A stretch of 64,000 bases of DNA, taken from an uncultured Prevotella sp. (GTDB lineage: Bacteria > Bacteroidota > Bacteroidia > Bacteroidales > Bacteroidaceae). The translations under genes were made by a program, and so were the position numbers. Where the stretch lies: NCBI GenBank assembly GCA_947170725.1, contig CAMVUM010000008.1, positions 7,466 to 71,465 on the forward strand, written 5' to 3'. Below the pieces are notes generated by a model. That model made no database searches and had not been told where the DNA came from. It saw only the letters and a list, made by a program, of their open reading frames with translations. Below are positions 59,300 through 64,000 of the stretch, piece after piece (within the stretch, counting starts at the first letter, position 1; each line of letters starts with the position of its first letter).

Positions 59300-59307
59300 T
59301 AATTTTG
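59300..59307 (+). promoter_or_regulatory. -7 promoter box (TAATTTTG) for the exonuclease/rlmI/tilS unit
   Basis: Exact TAnnTTTG, 22 nt upstream of the ATG at 59329. Confidence 0.4.
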
Positions 59308-59328
59308 CACCTTGAAAATAGTTCGTAA

Positions 59329-59985
59329 ATGAAAAAACTATTATATAGCAAGTACGACAAATCGCTTATAAAAGATTTACCCCGTGTATTGTTCGAGGGG
59401 CGCATAATCGTGGTCGTGTCTCAGGATGAGGCACAGCGAGCCGTCGATTATCTTTTGTCACAGCCCATTCTCGGGGTTGATACGGAGACCCGACCGTCAT
59501 TTAAAAAAGGTGTAATCCATAAGGTTGCACTTCTTCAGGTATCTTCTTACGATACCTGTTTTCTGTTCCGTTTGAACTATACAGGCATGACGGCCGACAT
59601 AATCCGTCTGCTGGAAGATACGACGGTTCCAAAGATCGGTTTGTCTCTTCATGATGATCTTATGATGCTCCATAAGATTGCAGGATTTACTCCAGGTAAC
59701 TTTATAGAACTTCAGCATTGCGTTCGCGAGTTGGGAATTGAAGATCTCAGCTTGCAGAAACTATATGCAAATTTCTTCGGTCAGAAGATAAGCAAGACAC
59801 AGAGGCTGACAAACTGGGAAGCCGATGTACTTAACGACAGGCAGAAACTATATGCTGCAACAGATGCCTGGACATGTATAAAATTGTATGAAGAGCTGCA
59901 AAGGTTAAAGCAAACGGGAGAATATGAACTGATCAAAACAGACAATAATGACAATGTACAAACAGATATATCTAAAGCGGGGTAA
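59329..59985 (+). CDS. 3'-5' exonuclease domain protein (DEDDy, RNase D/WRN-like)
   Basis: ExoI motif GVDTETRP, ExoII LHDDLMML, ExoIII YAATDAW. Confidence 0.85.
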   Translation: MKKLLYSKYDKSLIKDLPRVLFEGRIIVVVSQDEAQRAVDYLLSQPILGVDTETRPSFKKGVIHKVALLQVSSYDTCFLFRLNYTGMTADIIRLLEDTTVPKIGLSLHDDLMMLHKIAGFTPGNFIELQHCVRELGIEDLSLQKLYANFFGQKISKTQRLTNWEADVLNDRQKLYAATDAWTCIKLYEELQRLKQTGEYELIKTDNNDNVQTDISKAG

Positions 59986-61135
59986 AGAGGAAAGTCTGAA
60001 GCGCTTCCACCCGTGGGTTTTTTCCGGTGCAATCCACCACAGTGACGAAGGAATAGAAGAAGGCGAGACCGTAAGGGTGCTGACCAGTGACGGTCGGTTT
60101 ATTGCCGTGGGACATTATCAGATAGGCTCCATAGCCGTGCGGGTGCTCTCATTCCGCGACGTGGCTATTGATGCCGGGTTCTGGCGTTCTCGTCTACAAG
60201 CAGCCTTGTCCATGCGTATCGCCGTCGGCATTGCGGACAATCCGCAGAACAATACCTATCGGTTGGTACATGGCGAGGGCGACAATATCCCGGGACTCGT
60301 GGTTGATGTCTACGGCCAGACAGCCGTGATGCAGGCTCATAGCGTCGGAATACATGTCTGCCGCCTTGATATTGCCAAGGCACTGGTCGACGTTATGGAC
60401 GGCAGGGTGGCCAATGTGTTCTATAAGAGCGAGACGACACTCCCCTATAAGGCTGATCTCGGTCAGGAGAACGGATTCTTATATGGTAGCAGCGATGACA
60501 ATATTGCGATAGAGAACGGTCTTAAATTCCGTGTTGATTGGCTGAAAGGTCAGAAGACCGGATTTTTCGTCGATCAGCGGGAAAACCGCTCATTGCTTGA
60601 AAAATACTCCCATGGCCGTAAGGTTCTCAACATGTTCTGTTATACGGGAGGCTTCTCTTTCTACGCCATGAGGGGTGGGGCAGAGCTTGTCCATTCCGTG
60701 GACAGCAGTGCCAAGGCTATCGAACTGACGCGCCAGAACGTCGAACTGAATTTTCCTGGGGACGGCCGTCATGAGGCCTACTGTGAAGACGCCTTCAAAT
60801 ATCTTGAAGACGCCGGTTCAAATTATGATTTGATAATCCTCGACCCGCCAGCTTTCGCCAAACACCGTGCAGCCTTGCATAACGCACTGAAGGGGTACAG
60901 CCGTCTCAACGCCAAGGCATTTGAGAAAATCAAGCCCGGTGGCATATTGTTTACGTTCTCCTGTAGTCAGGTGGTCACGAAGGACAACTTCCGCAACGCC
61001 GTTTTCACGGCTGCCGCACTTGCCGGCCGAAAGGTCCGCATACTTCATCAGCTGCACCAGCCGGCCGACCATCCCGTCAACATCTACCATCCGGAAGGAG
61101 AATACCTCAAGGGCCTTGTTCTATATGTAGAGTAG
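59948..61135 (+). CDS. Class I SAM-dependent rRNA methyltransferase (RlmI/RlmK-like, PUA domain)
   Basis: N-terminal KRGKEESLKRFHPWVF PUA-like segment, SAM motif LNMFCYTGGFS and catalytic DPPAFAK. Overlaps the upstream gene by 38 nt. Confidence 0.85.
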   Translation: MTMYKQIYLKRGKEESLKRFHPWVFSGAIHHSDEGIEEGETVRVLTSDGRFIAVGHYQIGSIAVRVLSFRDVAIDAGFWRSRLQAALSMRIAVGIADNPQNNTYRLVHGEGDNIPGLVVDVYGQTAVMQAHSVGIHVCRLDIAKALVDVMDGRVANVFYKSETTLPYKADLGQENGFLYGSSDDNIAIENGLKFRVDWLKGQKTGFFVDQRENRSLLEKYSHGRKVLNMFCYTGGFSFYAMRGGAELVHSVDSSAKAIELTRQNVELNFPGDGRHEAYCEDAFKYLEDAGSNYDLIILDPPAFAKHRAALHNALKGYSRLNAKAFEKIKPGGILFTFSCSQVVTKDNFRNAVFTAAALAGRKVRILHQLHQPADHPVNIYHPEGEYLKGLVLYVE

Positions 61136-61139
61136 AGAC

Positions 61140-62477
61140 GTGAGAATTGAAGAAACCGTAGCGTCATTTATCGCCCGTCATAATCTGCTTGACAGAGCCG
61201 GGCGTCATATAATAGCATTGAGCGGAGGAGCCGACAGTGTGGCTCTTCTGCTCATTCTTTCGGGTCTCGGTTATGACGTCGAGGCTGCCCACTGTAATTT
61301 CCATTTGCGCGGTGAAGAGTCAGACCGGGATGAGGATTTCGTCAAGTCCCTCTGTCTGTCCCTGGCTGTTCCGCTCCATCTTGTCCATTTCGATACACTC
61401 AGTTACGCGTCGTTTCATAAAGTCAGTATAGAGATGGCTGCCCGTCAACTTCGTTACAACTACTTTGAACAGTTACGCCGTGACATCGGTGCGACCGACA
61501 TCTGCGTCGCCCATCATCGCGACGACAGTGTCGAGACGGTGCTGATGAACCTCATTCGCGGAACAGGATTGCGCGGACTGACGGGCATACGTCCCGTTAA
61601 CGGCCATATCAAGCGCCCCCTCCTGTGTCTCAGCCGTCAGGACATAGAGCGTTATCTGGCCTCGGTCGGACAGTCGTACGTAACCGATAGTACCAATCTC
61701 GTGGATGATGTCGTGCGTAACAAATTGCGTCTCAACATCATTCCGCTCTTGAAAGAAATCAATCCCGCCTTTTCCGAGAATGTCAGTCGGGCAACCACCC
61801 ATATAATTGATGCCGTCACCATGATTGATGCGGCGACTGTTGAGGCAATGAAGCGGGTGGTAACGGATTATGACGGCGGTGTCGCGGTGGATATAAATAG
61901 GCTCAGAGGCGAGTTGTCTCCGGCTTATCTTTTATATGAAATCCTGCGCCAATATGGTTTCAGTCCGGCCCAGACCGAGCAGATCTACGCCAGCCTTGAC
62001 GCCCAGTCCGGCCGTCTTTTCGTTTCTTCGAGTCACGAACTGCTCATCGACCGCGGGCGTCTGCTTATAGAGCGCAATCTCCCCGTCATCCAGTCGCAGA
62101 AGATAATCGAAGATGGCACATACGTCTTGAAATCCGGCGGCCGCCTGAAAGTCAGTTCGCTGCCGATTGACGACAACTTTGTTCTGTCCCGTTCGTCTGA
62201 TACGGTGTGTCTTGATGCTGACAAAATCATATTTCCACTCACTTTGCGCTCCGCCTCCGAAGGCGACCGTTTCGTTCCTTTCGGCATGAACGGGACGAAG
62301 CTCGTGAGCGACTATCTCACCGACCGGAAATATTCACTCTTCCGCAAGCGCCGCCAACTCGTTCTCACCGATGCCTCCGGCCGCATCGTGTGGCTTGTAG
62401 GTGAGCGTCCTGACAACAGATTCCGCATAACGGAGGAGAGCCGTAGAGGGCTGGTAGTGACAGTAATGAAGGAATAG
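61140..62477 (+). CDS. tilS: tRNA(Ile)-lysidine synthetase
   Basis: PP-loop ALSGGADS, conserved HHRDD and a C-terminal TilS substrate-binding domain. GTG start. Confidence 0.9.
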   Translation: MRIEETVASFIARHNLLDRAGRHIIALSGGADSVALLLILSGLGYDVEAAHCNFHLRGEESDRDEDFVKSLCLSLAVPLHLVHFDTLSYASFHKVSIEMAARQLRYNYFEQLRRDIGATDICVAHHRDDSVETVLMNLIRGTGLRGLTGIRPVNGHIKRPLLCLSRQDIERYLASVGQSYVTDSTNLVDDVVRNKLRLNIIPLLKEINPAFSENVSRATTHIIDAVTMIDAATVEAMKRVVTDYDGGVAVDINRLRGELSPAYLLYEILRQYGFSPAQTEQIYASLDAQSGRLFVSSSHELLIDRGRLLIERNLPVIQSQKIIEDGTYVLKSGGRLKVSSLPIDDNFVLSRSSDTVCLDADKIIFPLTLRSASEGDRFVPFGMNGTKLVSDYLTDRKYSLFRKRRQLVLTDASGRIVWLVGERPDNRFRITEESRRGLVVTVMKE

Positions 62478-62490
62478 TAAGAATAAAAAA

Positions 62491-62559
62491 ATGGAGATAA
62501 AAGAAGATAGAGGAAGACATACGCCATTTGTGCCTTCCTCTATCTTCTTTTATCTCCAT
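62491..62559. terminator. Bidirectional terminator with a 26-bp perfect stem
   Basis: ATGGAGATAAAAGAAGATAGAGGAAG (62491-62516) pairs with its exact complement at 62534-62559. Flanked by A7 on the left and TTTTAT on the right. Confidence 0.75.
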
Positions 62560-62582
62560 TTTATATCCTTGTGAAAAGAATC

Positions 62583-64000
62583 TCACACGAACGTCAGTTC
62601 TTCCTTGCCGTCCTCCTTGCTTATTTTTATGGTGTCTCCCGGCTTCAAATCTCCGTTGACGATCATTTCACTCAGTCCATCTTCTATGTAGCTTTGGATG
62701 GCGCGTTTCAGTGGACGGGCGCCGAACTGAACGTCGTAGCCCTTCGTAGCAACAAACTCTTTGGCTTCATCGCTGATTTCTATTTGATAGCCGAGGCTCT
62801 CTACGCGCTTGAACAGGCCGTCCAGTTCGATGTTGATAATCTTCTTTATGGCTTCGAGGTCAAGCTGGTCGAACGTGATGATTTCGTCCAAACGGTTGAG
62901 GAATTCGGGTGAAAACTGTTTGCTCAGTGATTTCTGTATGATGCTGCGGGCATATTCCTTATCCTTGTCGTTGAGCGCAAGTCCGACGCTTGCAGCGTTG
63001 AATCCCACACCGTGAGAGAACTCCTTGAGCCGTTTTGTGCCGGCGTTGCTCGTCATGATGATGACTGTATTGCGGAAATCGACGAACCGTCCGTTGCCGT
63101 CCGTTAGGCGTCCCTCGTCAAGTACCTGCAGCAGCAGGTTGTATATATTGCCGTGAGCCTTCTCAATCTCATCCAGTAGAACGATGGAGTAGGGGTGGCG
63201 GCGAACTTTCTCCGTCAGTTGTCCGCCCTCTTCATAGCCGACATATCCCGGAGGTGCACCGATGAGACGCGAAACATTGAAGCTCTCTGTATATTCACTC
63301 ATGTCGATTCGTATTAGTGCGTCGGCTGATCCGAACATGAATTCGGCCAGTTTTTTTGCCAGATAAGTTTTTCCAACGCCGGTCGGACCGAGAAACATGA
63401 ACGCTCCTATGGGATGGTTGGGGGCTTTCAAGCCCACACGGTTACGCTGTATGGCCTTTACCATCTTCTCTATGGCTGCATCCTGGGCTATTACGGCGCC
63501 TTTCAGTTCCGCGGCCATGCCCTTAAGACGTATTCCTTCGGCCTCTGCCATGCGTTGTACGGGAATGCCTGTCATCATTGAAACCACGTCGGCCACGTCA
63601 TGTTCCGTTACGGAATGCCGTTCGCTGTTCTTGCCGTTGTCCCATTCTTTGTTCAGCTCTTTGAGTTCTGCCTCAAGCGCCGTTTGACGGCAGAGATAGC
63701 TGCCGGCAAGCTCAAAATTCTGGTTTCTCACGGCATTCTGCTTCTTTTCCTTTATGAAAGCGATTTCTTTTTCCTTGGCTATGATTTCCGGTGGTATTTG
63801 TGCGTTGTTCAAGTATATGCGTGAACCAACCTCGTCAAGAGCATCGATAGCCTTGTCCGGGAACTGTCTGTCGGTTATATAGCGTTCTGTCAGTCTGACA
63901 CATGCAGCCAGTGCTTCATCTGTGTATGTCACATGATGGTGATGTTCATATCTGTCCTTGATGTTCTGAAGAATCTGCAGTGTTTCGCTGGAAGTTGTCG
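62583..64000 (-). CDS. clpC: ATP-dependent Clp protease ATP-binding subunit (ClpC/ClpB family); the 5' end lies beyond the window
   Basis: D2 AAA+ module (Walker A FLGPTGVGKT, Walker B VLLDEIEKAH, sensor RPEFLNRLDE) preceded by a UVR-like coiled coil. The reading frame stays open to nt 64000 (…LQILQNIKDRYEHHHHVTYTDEAL). Confidence 0.9.
   Translation of the reverse strand, partial: TTSSETLQILQNIKDRYEHHHHVTYTDEALAACVRLTERYITDRQFPDKAIDALDEVGSRIYLNNAQIPPEIIAKEKEIAFIKEKKQNAVRNQNFELAGSYLCRQTALEAELKELNKEWDNGKNSERHSVTEHDVADVVSMMTGIPVQRMAEAEGIRLKGMAAELKGAVIAQDAAIEKMVKAIQRNRVGLKAPNHPIGAFMFLGPTGVGKTYLAKKLAEFMFGSADALIRIDMSEYTESFNVSRLIGAPPGYVGYEEGGQLTEKVRRHPYSIVLLDEIEKAHGNIYNLLLQVLDEGRLTDGNGRFVDFRNTVIIMTSNAGTKRLKEFSHGVGFNAASVGLALNDKDKEYARSIIQKSLSKQFSPEFLNRLDEIITFDQLDLEAIKKIINIELDGLFKRVESLGYQIEISDEAKEFVATKGYDVQFGARPLKRAIQSYIEDGLSEMIVNGDLKPGDTIKISKEDGKEELTFV

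Overview
This 64-kb segment looks like chromosomal core from a Bacteroidales-type (gut Bacteroidota) genome. The evidence is TAnnTTTG -7 promoter boxes ahead of most operons, many lipoprotein signal peptides with a lipobox Cys, one T9SS C-terminal sorting domain, two GH2 glycosidases, and DUF families typical of Bacteroides and Muribaculaceae-like genomes. I call about 60 protein genes and 2 tRNA genes: tRNA-Ser(GCU) and tRNA-Glu(CUC).

Gene content is mostly housekeeping:
- Translation: pheS, thrS, infC-rpmI-rplT, rpsF-rpsR-rplI, an EF-G paralog, def, trmD, rlmH, rlmI-like, tilS, mtaB, rnz.
- Envelope and division: murB, ftsK, a LolA-like protein, OmpH/Skp, an L,D-transpeptidase, a SPOR protein, two GT2 glycosyltransferases.
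- DNA repair and nucleotide housekeeping: ruvX, nth, mazG.
- Regulation: a histidine kinase/response regulator pair and an ECF sigma/anti-sigma module.
- Other: a partial clpC-like gene runs off the right edge of the window.

Genes are tightly packed, with several ATGA start/stop overlaps. Convergent gene pairs are separated by very long perfect hairpins (17-26 bp stems).

I see no integrase, transposase, CRISPR array, reverse transcriptase, toxin-antitoxin pair or recognisable defence operon. I cannot point to a convincing novel multi-gene system. The most interesting material is:
1. An EF-G2-class paralog whose catalytic His is replaced.
2. Two gene deserts of 1.4-1.5 kb carrying a shared family of CGTAAGGGCC-type palindromic repeats, plus an orphan promoter/terminator pair that may define an sRNA.
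3. A structured region downstream of rplT.
4. An in-frame 21-bp VNTR at the 3' end of a GtrB-like glycosyltransferase gene.
5. Several nested or interleaved inverted repeats.

All functional names come from motif and family recognition by eye. No database search was possible.
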